64,000 nt of DNA. Source: an uncultured Planctomycetaceae bacterium (GTDB lineage: Bacteria; Planctomycetota; Planctomycetia; Planctomycetales; Planctomycetaceae). Both the position numbers and the translations under genes were made by a program. Position 1 is the stretch's first letter. Each line of letters begins with the position of its first letter. The stretch is from positions 288,001 to 352,000 of the forward strand of contig CAWFGE010000010.1 of NCBI GenBank assembly GCA_963815195.1, in the 5' to 3' direction. Of this stretch, positions 52,976-62,986 are shown in pieces. The notes beneath the pieces are model-generated. The model was not told where the DNA came from and made no database searches. It was given only the letters and a program-made list of their open reading frames with translations.

Positions 52976-53353
52976 ATGATCACCAAACTCTTGTGGATTT
53001 TTCTGGCCGGCGGATTGGGAACCTTGGCCCGCTATGGTTTAGCGGGTCTGGTGCAGCGTCTGTCGGACAGCGAACTCCCCTTCGGCACCTTTTCCGTCAA
53101 CTCCCTCGGCTGCCTTTTGTTTGGGCTGGTGTGGGGATTGGCGGGCGAACGCCTCGTGATCAGCGGCGAAACCCGGTTTATCATATTGACCGGATTCATG
53201 GGGGCGTTCACGACCTTTTCGACATTCGCCTTCGAAACCGGGGCAATGCTGCGGGATGCCCAGTGGTGGTACGCGGCCGGCAATCTCCTCGCCCACAATG
53301 TGGTGGGGATCACTGCCGCTTTGCTCGGCATCATGTTGGCCAGACTGTTCTGA
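52976..53353 (+). CDS. crcB: Fluoride channel Fluc/CrcB
   Basis: GG.G.LARY, PFGTFSVN, GFMGAFTTFSTF. Confidence 0.93.
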   Translation: MITKLLWIFLAGGLGTLARYGLAGLVQRLSDSELPFGTFSVNSLGCLLFGLVWGLAGERLVISGETRFIILTGFMGAFTTFSTFAFETGAMLRDAQWWYAAGNLLAHNVVGITAALLGIMLARLF

Positions 53354-53372
53354 TAACCATGCGAGGTGTGAA

Positions 53373-53738
53373 ATGGAACTGCCCGAAGAAGCGGAACTGT
53401 TGCGAATCTTCATTGGGGAATGCGACCGCTCCCACGGCCGGCCGCTTTACGAAGTGATCGTCGAGGAAGCCCGCAAAAAGGGATTGGCGGGAGCCACGGT
53501 CTTAAGAGCCACGCTGGGATTCGGCGCGCACAGCCGGGTTCACACGGCCAAGGTGCTCAGGCTTTCCGAGGACTTGCCGATTGTGATCGAGATCATAGAT
53601 AAACCCGAGCGGATCGCCGCCTTTCTTCCGGATCTCGACCAGTTGATGGACGAAGGCCTTGTCACGCTGGAAAAAGTGCGGGTCATCACCTATCGGCACA
53701 GTCAATCCAAACTGAACGAAGCCGGTCCGGCGACGTGA
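53373..53738 (+). CDS. DUF190 (PII-like) protein
   Basis: LRIFIGE...GLAGATVLR...[10 protein letters not shown]; typical crcB neighbour. Confidence 0.9.
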   Translation: MELPEEAELLRIFIGECDRSHGRPLYEVIVEEARKKGLAGATVLRATLGFGAHSRVHTAKVLRLSEDLPIVIEIIDKPERIAAFLPDLDQLMDEGLVTLEKVRVITYRHSQSKLNEAGPAT

Positions 53739-53832
53739 AACACAGATCGTTGCGCACGACGTGATCTGTCGGGCGGCGGCATCGATCACGTCAACTCCTC
53801 GATTCCCATTCATTTGCAGGGAAAACACGATC

Positions 53833-54058
53833 ATGCTCATCAAGCACATTACCGCTTCGGAAGTTCTCGATTCCCGCGGGAATCCCACGGTGGAAGGTTG
53901 CGTCATTCTCGAAGGCGGCGCGGTCGGTTCGGCCATCGCCCCCCCGGCGCCTCGACCGGGGAACGGGAAGCCTTTGAATTGCGGGACGGCGATGAAACGC
54001 GCTACGGCGCAAAGGCGTGAGGAAAGCCATCGAGCCTGTGGAGAAGCACATCGCACCG
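53833..54058 (+). pseudogene. eno: Truncated enolase N-terminus
   Basis: [29 protein letters not shown] and [16 protein letters not shown] in three frames; the rest is absent. Confidence 0.85.
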
Positions 54059-54177
54059 GCAACACCAAGACGACAACAGCCTTGGAAATTCATGTGTGGT
54101 TAGACGAGAAGACCTATGAAAAAGGCCGAAAAGTCACAGACGCAGAACTCGCCAAGGGCGTAGCCAAAATCCGGTAA
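54058..54177 (+). mobile_element. C-terminal remnant of an ISAzo13-like transposase
   Basis: [32 protein letters not shown] resembles that family's C-terminus (from recall). Confidence 0.6.
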
Positions 54178-54212
54178 CTTATTTCCGCGCGGTTCCTTGG
54201 TCATTGGGATTT

Positions 54213-54842
54213 CTAATATCCGGTGGCTTTGAGGTATTGAATGCCGGCGGCCATCACGGCGGTGCATTGGATGGCTTCGAGGATCGCTTCATCTGAGACG
54301 CCGAGTTTGCGAGCCTTATCCACGTGGCCGCTCACGCAGGGCTGGCAGGCATTGAGGTCGCTGATGGCGATGTTGATGAGTTCCACGGTGGTCTCGTCGA
54401 GCGAGGTGCCGCTGAAAGTGTGGGCCCGCAGACCCACGGGCAGACCCTCGAAAGCATCGCTGCCGCTGAGGCTGCGGAACTTGAAGAACGTGTTGTACAT
54501 GTAATTCGTCGAAGCGACCGCGAGGATCTCCGCCGCCTGGTCTTCGCCGATGTCGAACTGTTTCGCGCGTTCGACAAAATAATCCGTCCAAATCTCGCTG
54601 CCCAGGAGCGCGGAGACGGCGAGGGCGATCACGGTGCGGGTCTTGGCGTCGAGGTGGCCTTCGCCGTGCACGAACTTTTTGAAGTTCATGTAGAAGTCCT
54701 GCAGGAACGCCGGCACCCGGCCGTAGGCCAGAAACGCTCCAGGTACCGTGTCGGTTCCCAAGAGTTCCTTGATCCGCTCGTAAGTGCGGGCGGTCTTGTC
54801 GTCGGTCACATCGGCTTCGGAAAGCGGCGTCACGCGAACCAT
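54213..54842 (-). CDS. ahpD: AhpD-like carboxymuconolactone decarboxylase family protein
   Basis: NACQPCVSGH motif; downstream of the peroxiredoxin. Confidence 0.75.
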   Translation of the reverse strand: MVRVTPLSEADVTDDKTARTYERIKELLGTDTVPGAFLAYGRVPAFLQDFYMNFKKFVHGEGHLDAKTRTVIALAVSALLGSEIWTDYFVERAKQFDIGEDQAAEILAVASTNYMYNTFFKFRSLSGSDAFEGLPVGLRAHTFSGTSLDETTVELINIAISDLNACQPCVSGHVDKARKLGVSDEAILEAIQCTAVMAAGIQYLKATGY

Positions 54843-55038
54843 GTTGAAAACCTCCTTCGGAGGAATGACCTATGACCAAAAATCTCTTAGCGAGCGGCCA
54901 GCGTAAGCTGGCGGATTCGTTCCGATCGCCTGCATCGGCTTGCGACTTCAGAATTCCGTTAAGATAATTCGCGTGAAAATCGTTGAGGAACATCATGGGG
55001 CTTACGCCCCACGCTCGCCATTGGTCGTTGGGATTTTG

Positions 55039-55581
55039 CTAGTTGAGGGTCTTCTCGCCCGGTTTCCAGTTGCAGGGGCAGAGCTTGTCGGTTTGGAGCG
55101 CGTCCAACACGCGGAGGACTTCGTCCACGTTCCGGCCCACGCCCAGATCGTGCACCGCCATCCAGCGGACGACGCCATCGGGATCGATCAAATACACGCC
55201 GCGGTAGGCGAGGCCTTTCTCGGCGTCGTACACGTCGAAGGCTTCCGAAAGCTTGTGTGCCGTGTCGGCGAGCATGGGGTAGCGGAGCTTCTGCAAGTCC
55301 TCGTGCGAATCGCACCAGCCTTTGTGGGTGTATTCGCTGTCCGTGCTGGCGGTGAGCACCACGCATTCGCGGTCTTCAAATTCGTCAAGCGATTTGTTGA
55401 AGGACACGATCTCGGTCGGGCAGACGAATGTGAAGTCGCGGGGATAGAAAAACAGGCACACCCATTTGCCTTTGTAATCCTCGAGCGAGATCCGCCGGAA
55501 CTGCTCTTCGCTGCCATCCTTGGTGCGGTCGTAGGCTTGAACGGGAACATTCGGAGCGGGTTGGCCAACATGAACGGTCAT
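55039..55581 (-). CDS. ahpC: 2-Cys peroxiredoxin
   Basis: FYPRDFTFVCPTE, GRNVDE, LCPCNW. Confidence 0.93.
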   Translation of the reverse strand: MTVHVGQPAPNVPVQAYDRTKDGSEEQFRRISLEDYKGKWVCLFFYPRDFTFVCPTEIVSFNKSLDEFEDRECVVLTASTDSEYTHKGWCDSHEDLQKLRYPMLADTAHKLSEAFDVYDAEKGLAYRGVYLIDPDGVVRWMAVHDLGVGRNVDEVLRVLDALQTDKLCPCNWKPGEKTLN

Positions 55582-55889
55582 CGGGGATGTGTCTCCAGTG
55601 TTGAATGTTTATGGGTTGATATCACAGGGCTTTCACGAAATCCCAGAACACAGCGGCATTGAAGGAAGTATATCGCACGCGCTTCATGAGGCAAGGCAGC
55701 GGCGGACGCCGGCCTCGGGAAAAGCCTTTCGCAAAAGCTTTTGCATAGAGACAAACCACAGACATTCCGCATTCCGCGGTTGACCTCGCGCGCTTCGGCC
55801 TGCACAATCGACTTGTTGGCAAGTCCCTGGAAACTTGTTCCGAAAATACAAGTCACGAAATCCATCGTTCGATGGGAAAGGAGATCCCG

Positions 55890-56789
55890 ATGCAGCCCAG
55901 GCCGATGCAGATTCTCATGGGGTTCGCAATCTTGATGGGGGCGAACGTTTTGGCCCAGGACGATCTTCCCAAAATCCGCAAAATCACGCCCAATTCGATT
56001 CGAATCGAGCCCTTGACGAAAGACGCAACGGGAGGTTGGATCACCCTCGGGGAATTCTCCGAAATCGGCTCGCCCGCCATCTCCCCGGACAGCGAGACGG
56101 TGGCCTTCGACGGGCACGAGAAAGGTTATGGCAACAGCCCGGGGGAAATCTGGATCGCCCGCCGGGACGGATCGAAACTGCACAAACTGGTGGCCGGCGT
56201 AACGCCGCGCTGGTCGCCCGACGGGTCGAAGATTCTTTTCACCCGAAAGGATACCCAAGGGGTTTCCCAAGTGCGCGTCATCAACGCAGATGGGACCGGT
56301 GAAAAACAATTGTGTGAAGGAAGCTGGCCCGATTGGTCGCCCGACGGCAAGCTGATCGTCTTTTCCCGCGATGGAAAACCGGGCGGCGGGGCCAAAGTGC
56401 TGTCGCGAATCTATCTCGCCAAGAGCGATGGAACCGAGCCGAAGGCGCTCGCGGCCGGCGATTGCCCGAGCTGGTCGCCCGACGGAAAACGCATCGCCTG
56501 CTGCTATCGGGACCCGGCAATGCCCGCACCGGCGATTCGCATCGTCGATTTGACCAATGGCCGGGAACACTTCGCCGGGTACGGCTGGTATCGGCCCAAC
56601 TGGAGTTCGGACAGCCAATTTGTGGTCGCGAACAGCACCGTCGCGCCCCGGCAAACCTGGATCGTGGAGTTCAACGCCATCGTGAAAACGGCCCCCAAAC
56701 CGATTCATACAGATTTCGAGCGGCCCTTTTCCCCGGACCGCTCCCGCGACGGCAAATACAGCGTTTTTGTCGCACGCAAACCCGAATAG
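55890..56789 (+). CDS. Secreted TolB-like PD40 beta-propeller protein
   Basis: Repeated PxWSPDG motifs; signal peptide. Confidence 0.85.
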   Translation: MQPRPMQILMGFAILMGANVLAQDDLPKIRKITPNSIRIEPLTKDATGGWITLGEFSEIGSPAISPDSETVAFDGHEKGYGNSPGEIWIARRDGSKLHKLVAGVTPRWSPDGSKILFTRKDTQGVSQVRVINADGTGEKQLCEGSWPDWSPDGKLIVFSRDGKPGGGAKVLSRIYLAKSDGTEPKALAAGDCPSWSPDGKRIACCYRDPAMPAPAIRIVDLTNGREHFAGYGWYRPNWSSDSQFVVANSTVAPRQTWIVEFNAIVKTAPKPIHTDFERPFSPDRSRDGKYSVFVARKPE

Positions 56790-56844
56790 ACGATCATGAG
56801 CGGAACGGCGCTAGCCGCCGGTCTTGTCTGCAAGCGTTTTTCCG

Positions 56845-58281
56845 TCACGGATGCAACAGCACGTAAACAATCGCCAGCACGAGCTGCACCAAGGCGAAGG
56901 GGACGGCTTTGGCGACGAAGCCCATGAACGTCAGCGGGAGTTCCTGGCGGTGGATAATCGTCATCGCGACCACGGTGGACGCCGAGCCGATCGGTGTGAT
57001 GTTCCCGCCCAGGTTCGCCCCGAAGATCACGCACCACCAGTAAGCCGAATCGCCGGGCGTGCCCATCGCGGCGAGGATTTTCGCGAGCATCGCCGCCAGC
57101 GGGATGTTGTCCGTCACCGAACTGGCGAGCGCCGAACATCCCAAAAGCACGCCGGAATCCGCGGGAGCCGGGATTTTTAAGAGGGCCGCGATGCCCCGCC
57201 CGATGAGCGCGAGCACCTGGGCGTGCTCCATCACGTTGATCACGACAAACAAGGCCGCGAAGAAGGCGAGCAAATCCCAATCGACCGCGGCATAAAACTT
57301 GTCCACTTCGCCCTTATAAGCCAACAGCACCACGCCCGCGAAAAAGAGCGCAACAAAGCCCATCCCCAATCGGTCCAAGCCCCAAGGCAACGCCGACTGC
57401 GCGGAAAGAGCCGCGATAAACGCGACCAAAGCCCCCACGGAAAACCAGAAGAACTTTGCGCTCGGGATGTTTTCGGTTTCGCTGAAGCCCGCGACTTCCC
57501 GGCGGGCTTCTTCGCGCTCCTCGTCGGTTTTGAGGCCGTGAATCCCAAACAGGATTTTTCCCATAAACAAGGTCGCGGCGGTGGCGACGACCACGTAAGG
57601 GGCCGCGTACAAAAAGAAATCCACAAACCCAATGCCTGCGGTGTTCCCCACGATGATGTTGGGCACGCTGCTGATGAGCGTGAGCAATCCGCCCACGTTG
57701 GTCAAGAGCCCTTCGATCAACAAAAAACCCAGGAGCAATTCCGGCCGGCGGAGTTTTTTGAGCGAAACCGTGGTCAGACTGCCGATGATAATCATCGCCG
57801 TCACGTTGTTGAGCACGGCGGAGAACAGCACCGTCAACAAACCGTAAGCAATCAACAGTCGCCAGGGATCGCCGCCGGATTTTTTGGTGAGCTTGATCGC
57901 CATCCAGGTAAACACCCCGGACCGGCTCGTGACTTCCACAAACAGGCTCGCCCCCAGGATGATCGTGATCACGCTCCAATCGATCGCGGGAATATACACC
58001 GGCAGCGGAATGTGCTCGGCGTGCTCATGGACCACGTGCTCGGCGAGGTCGTAGCTTCCGGGCAACAACACCTCGCCGAAGGAGAGAATGTTGATCAGCG
58101 TCGCCAGCAGCAGGCACAGCCCAGCAAAGGTGCCCACGATGATCGACTTTCGGGCGTGGAGCTTTTCTTCCATCGCGAGCCCGGCGATCATCAGCACGAG
58201 GATCACGAGAAACAGCCACGTCACCCAGCCCGGCACCACATGAGCCGAACCCCCTGCAGCCAATAGCATCCATCCCGTCAT
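56845..58281 (-). CDS. SLC13/ArsB/NhaD family ion permease
   Basis: SAVLNNVT, NVGGLLT.ISSVPN, DNIP, ANLGGNITPIGS. Confidence 0.88.
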   Translation of the reverse strand: MTGWMLLAAGGSAHVVPGWVTWLFLVILVLMIAGLAMEEKLHARKSIIVGTFAGLCLLLATLINILSFGEVLLPGSYDLAEHVVHEHAEHIPLPVYIPAIDWSVITIILGASLFVEVTSRSGVFTWMAIKLTKKSGGDPWRLLIAYGLLTVLFSAVLNNVTAMIIIGSLTTVSLKKLRRPELLLGFLLIEGLLTNVGGLLTLISSVPNIIVGNTAGIGFVDFFLYAAPYVVVATAATLFMGKILFGIHGLKTDEEREEARREVAGFSETENIPSAKFFWFSVGALVAFIAALSAQSALPWGLDRLGMGFVALFFAGVVLLAYKGEVDKFYAAVDWDLLAFFAALFVVINVMEHAQVLALIGRGIAALLKIPAPADSGVLLGCSALASSVTDNIPLAAMLAKILAAMGTPGDSAYWWCVIFGANLGGNITPIGSASTVVAMTIIHRQELPLTFMGFVAKAVPFALVQLVLAIVYVLLHP

Positions 58282-58522
58282 GGTTTCTTTTCTTTGTGAG
58301 AAAGGGCAAAGTGTTGAAATGAGATTAGAGAATCGAGGTTAGTAGTTTGAAAGGCGATCACGTTTTTTGGTTCATTTGGATAATCAGGGGGCAACGACCT
58401 ACGGCGGTGTTAAAGATCTTGTGCGCACTCTTTCACCTCCCCTGGGGGAGGTGGAATCCATCCTCTATTCTCTATCCTCACTTGATGGCGCAGGCCAATA
58501 CTCGGCCGGAACAGGCTTCCAT

Positions 58523-59389
58523 TCAAAGGAGCAACATCGCCACGCCGATCAGTTCCACGCTGAGCGAATACGCCATGCCGTGCATCGCGAGTTGGTCGGC
58601 ATCTTTGGTGTTGGCGACCAAGAGATCGATGTCGTGCTCTTGGACGAGTTTGCGATACAGCGCCAACCGATGCCCGCGTTCGACATGAGCATGAAATTCA
58701 AGCGGGACGCCGTGCTCTTGGAGTTCTGCAATGCAGGTGTCGATAAAATCCGAGGCGTCTCTGAGCAGCCGGCGGTCGATTTGCTCCCGCGCTGCTTCGG
58801 TGTCGATCTCCGGGATCTGGGCAATGGCCCGCATGTAGCGATGAAACACCAGATCGTCTTCGACGTGGCACAACCAAAGATCGCCGTGCCCGTCGAGTTG
58901 CCGGCCGCAGCAGCGGACGCCGTAATTCACCAAAGCATGTTCGCCCTGAATGTGATCGGTGACGACCATCACCCGGTCGCAGACGCGGCCGTCCAGCGGC
59001 ACGGGGACCGCCGCCGTGCCCGGCAACACCAACACCGGGATCGACGTCGCCTGCGTGAGCACGTCGAGATAGACGCCCAGGCTGTGCTGCGGCACGAAGG
59101 ATTTTTCCTGGAGATGCCGAAAGGTCACGATCAAGTCCGTCTGCACGTCATTCAAACAGTCCAACAGCTCGGCGACGTTGTGGTAATCGTTTTCAGTGAG
59201 AAACCGCCAATCCGTGACGCTCTGCAATCGGGGCATGAAGGCAAGCAGCGATTTTCTCAAAGCCTCGGCCTTCGCGGGCGGGCCGTCGGTGATGATCGTC
59301 GCGTGCCGGAGCGGAATCTCCACATAGGCGAACGGCTCCCGCTCGGCCGCCCGGAACATCGATTCAAACTCGTCGATCGGGTGCTTCAT
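58523..59389 (-). CDS. Tandem USP-like hypothetical protein
   Basis: DLIVT...PVLVLP and DIDLLVAN USP-like elements. Confidence 0.6.
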   Translation of the reverse strand: MKHPIDEFESMFRAAEREPFAYVEIPLRHATIITDGPPAKAEALRKSLLAFMPRLQSVTDWRFLTENDYHNVAELLDCLNDVQTDLIVTFRHLQEKSFVPQHSLGVYLDVLTQATSIPVLVLPGTAAVPVPLDGRVCDRVMVVTDHIQGEHALVNYGVRCCGRQLDGHGDLWLCHVEDDLVFHRYMRAIAQIPEIDTEAAREQIDRRLLRDASDFIDTCIAELQEHGVPLEFHAHVERGHRLALYRKLVQEHDIDLLVANTKDADQLAMHGMAYSLSVELIGVAMLLL

Positions 59390-59636
59390 GTCGTTGCCAT
59401 TCCGTTTTAAGCCGGGGGAAATGGACAGGCCGGTTGGCGGCACTATAGCACCTCGGGCCGAACGCATCCAGAAAAACTTTGGACGGGTGGCGCGCCCTGA
59501 GGAACGAAGGGCGTGGTCTTCGTGATCACCACGCGTTTCGGCGAACCGGGTTTCGCGATCCTGGCTTTTCCCAGCATTCCATTCGATAATGGGCCGTTCT
59601 TTTTCTGATGGCTTCTTTTCCAACTGGCAAACCCCG

Positions 59637-60843
59637 ATGAGCACCTTCCGACGGCCCGAAAGCGTCAGCGAGATTCTTTGCGAACTCATTTCCATCCCCA
59701 GCGTGAATCCGATGGGCCGCGATGTTTCGGGGCCGATCTATTTTGAAAGCCGGCTCAGCGATTGGCTGGTCGAGTTCCTCAAGTCTTTCGATGCAAAGCA
59801 TGAGCGAATCGAAGTGGTGCCCGGGCGGGACAACGTGATCGCGAGATATGATTCGCCCGGTGCCGAGTTGACGCTGCTTCTCGACGCCCATCAAGACACC
59901 GTGCCCGTGGAGGGCATGACGATCCCGCCGTTCGACCCGCAGGTCGAGGGCGGCAAAATCACCGGCCGGGGGGCGAGCGATGTCAAAGGCGGCCTGGCGG
60001 CGATGCTGTTCGCGTTTCGCCGGCTGGTGGAAGAGCAACCGCCCGGAGCGGCGAATGTCATCTTGAGCTGCACCTGTGATGAAGAATCCACCACGCTAGG
60101 GCTAACTCATCTCATCCAATGTTGGCAGGAGCCGGGCCGATCGCGGTTCGTCACGAAGCCGCCTGATGGCGCGGTCATCGCCGAGCCGACCGTCTTGGAC
60201 GTGGTCGTGGCCCATCGCGGGGCGACGCGATTGCGGATTCTCACGCACGGCCGAGCCTGCCATAGTTCCGATCCGTCCAAGGGCATCAATGCCATCTACC
60301 GCATGGCCCGCGTGTTGGAATGTCTCGAAGGCTATCACCACGCGCTGCGGGAAACAATCGAGCCACACCCGTTGTGCGGGGGGGCGACACTCAGCGTGGG
60401 CCGCATCACCGGCGGCACGAGCGTCAACATCGTCCCCGACGAGTGCGCCATCGAAGTGGACCGGCGGGTGATTCCCGGCGAAGACCATGCCCGCGTGCTC
60501 AAGGATCTGACGACCTATCTCACCAGCCGCTTGGACTTTGAGATCGAGTTCGAACCGCCCTGGCTCAACGGCCCCGCGCTCAAACAACGACAACAACGCC
60601 TGGCTCGCCGATCCGTTATTGGCTTGCATCGACAACGTCGCCGGTCCGCACCGGGCCGTCGGCGTCCCCTTCGGCACCCACGCCTCCCGCACCAGCGCCG
60701 CGGGCGTCCCGTCGGTTGTCTTCGGCCCCGGTTCCATCGAACAAGCCCACACCAAAGATGAGTTCATCGAGATCGAGCAACTCGAACAAGCCGCCGAGGT
60801 GTATTATCAATTCTGCGCCAACCCGCCGCAGAGGCCCGAATAA
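59637..60843 (+). CDS. M20 (ArgE/DapE-like) metallohydrolase; frameshift near 60585
   Basis: DAHQDTV, GRGASDVKG, DEE, AEPT; GPGSIEQAHTKDE in the second frame. Confidence 0.88.
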
Positions 60844-60876
60844 TCACGGCAGGGAATCTCCATGATTCAAACGGCG

Positions 60877-60908
60877 GGGTGGCATGCTCATGGCTTTGCA
60901 TGAGCATG
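60877..60908. repeat. REP-like palindrome
   Basis: gggtggcatgctcatggctttgcatgagcatg. Confidence 0.6.
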
Positions 60909-61260
60909 GTTTCCACACGCAAAAATGAACTGAGCGGTTACACGTCTATGCAGATCTTTTTTCGATTCTTAGGAATGAACGTCTCACCAAATCGTTGAAG
61001 CTTGATCTGACAGACCAGACGGGTTTTGTGAAATCCACGTCGTTCGCCGCGGCCCGGTGAACGGGAGCGTTCGGAGTGAAGGAGATGAGGAGATCAGGGA
61101 AATAACCGCTGAAATCCGGGCGGAGTGGAGCGAAGAGGACAGACGTAGGCGCTGGTGGGGATCGCAAGAACGGGGAGAGTACGAAATCCCGCTGGTGAAA
61201 TGCAGCGTGGTGCGCGAGGGGGGATTTTGAAGAGTGGAAAGACGTCGGTTTCTATGTATC

Positions 61261-61285
61261 GCCCCGGGATTGGCCGGGGCTTTTT
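61261..61285 (+). terminator. Intrinsic terminator
   Basis: gccccgg/ccggggc stem followed by ttttt. Confidence 0.6.
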
Positions 61286-61993
61286 CGTGCGCGGGGTTTT
61301 CCTGTCAAATACATGTCAAAATGGAATCGACCCGACGCGAAACCCTATAAAACAAGGGGTAAAAACAATAAACCCGGAAGTAGTGGGTCCCAGGGGGGCT
61401 AAGGACGCCGACTACTTCCGGGGGCGATTGGCGGGTTGTGATTGGGAAATGGCAACCGTCCGCATCCTTGCCGACGGCACCACCCCAACAATCTCAAGAC
61501 TTGAGATTGCCACTTTGGGGGAAAGATTCATCCGTTGAAGGGAAATCGGTTCGTCCTTGAACGTCATTCGGCGCCCGGGGGCGTCAACGGTGAATTCCTT
61601 CCTGGAAGTGGTTTCGTGATGTTCTCCCGAGGGTTGTTTGCCTCAGGCGGGCGGGAAGATATTGCTTTTGGCGATCACCGTCAACCCGGAATTTCGACTT
61701 TTTCCGAACACGGGCCAGAAGGGGGGCACGTCAGCTTTTGCGTGCCAAGTCCGCGCCGCGGTGCTCTGCGACGACGGGCGACTCAAGTCCCACCTGCAAA
61801 CCCGCCCCGGCTGCCCCTTCACCCGACGCCCCCGGCCCGCTAAATTGACGCCAGAAAAAAACAAAAGCTGACGTGCCCCCCACCCGGCCGCTCCCGCGTC
61901 CGACCTGTCCAAAGGGGAGGTGAAATCCGTGGCTGATCATCACACAAAAAAGATCATCAGCGTCCGCCCCCGATTCGCCGGAAGAGGCGACTT

Positions 61994-62473
61994 TCAGTTT
62001 TTGGGTTTCTCTTTGAGCTTGCCGGGGTCGGTCGCGTAATTGATTGTCTGAAACCCCGCCGCCCGGCAGGCATCGTCCACGCGAATCACATCGCCCGCGG
62101 GCACGCGCCCGTCGATATCCAGGATGACCGGGCTGTCGGCGGACAGCTCGGCCAGGGATTTGAGCGCCTTTTCCAGCCGGTCCAAATCGGTGAACTCCGC
62201 CTCGTTCATTTCCACAACCGTCCGCCCCGCCGACTCGTTCCAATGGAGCTTGAGCCACACGTCCGTGACCCAGGGCGGCTTGTCCTTTTCCGGTTGGGGG
62301 TTCGCGGCTTCGATGTTGCCCGAAGACAGATCGACCGTCATTAAGGACTCGGCCATCACGCCTACCGAAGCGCACACGAAAAAGATCAATAGCAGAAACA
62401 CCACGTCGATCATCGGCGTCATCGCCTGATCGAACCGGGTTTCACGCCCATGTTGAAAGCTCGGCACGCGCAT
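61994..62473 (-). CDS. exbD: Biopolymer transport protein ExbD/TolR
   Basis: MTPMIDVVFLLLIFF. Confidence 0.88.
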   Translation of the reverse strand: MRVPSFQHGRETRFDQAMTPMIDVVFLLLIFFVCASVGVMAESLMTVDLSSGNIEAANPQPEKDKPPWVTDVWLKLHWNESAGRTVVEMNEAEFTDLDRLEKALKSLAELSADSPVILDIDGRVPAGDVIRVDDACRAAGFQTINYATDPGKLKEKPKN

Positions 62474-62479
62474 GGGAGG

Positions 62480-62895
62480 CTACGAATCCTTCAAAAACAC
62501 GGCAAACTTGAAAATCACGCCCGCGCGGCGCACGACAGCATCACCGGTTCGATCACGCGGAACGGGACCGTCTTGTCCGCCCGCACGTGGACCTCAAACC
62601 GCCCACCTTGCTCCACCTTCCCCGCCAGGATGAGCTGGTCGATCTGGGCATAGTCCACCGGTTCGCTGCGGATGCTCAACGATTGATCTTTGTGAATCGT
62701 GACCACGAGCGGCAGGGCTTTTTGGTTCTTTTCCTCTTTCTGCGTCGCCTCGGCCAGGTCGATTGCCTCGGCGTGCTCGCTCCGCACGAAATGGCTCGCC
62801 ACGAGAAAAAAGATGATCAGCAGAAACACCACGTCGATCATCGGCGTGATGTTGAACTGCAGACCACCGCGGCGTTCTCGCACGGGAATTTTCAT
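62480..62895 (-). CDS. exbD: Second ExbD/TolR; probable frameshift near 62522
   Basis: NITPMIDVVFLLIIFF, VRADK; tail AGVIFKFAVFLKDS in another frame. Confidence 0.85.
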
Positions 62896-62986
62896 GGTTT
62901 ATTCAGGGGCAAAGGCCACAGAGGAGCAAAGGCCACAAAGTGGAAAGTTCTTTCATTATCGCCGGTTTGGTTCGGCTCCCCGCCGA

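Noticed and set aside
54160..54230. Third gene-end duplication at ahpD
   Set aside because: Only about 12 of 16 bases match, compatible with chance.
61380..61400. tRNA 3'-end/att site (ccccctgggacccact on the minus strand)
   Set aside because: No T-loop GTTCGA, no cloverleaf and no integrase; better explained as a hairpin loop.
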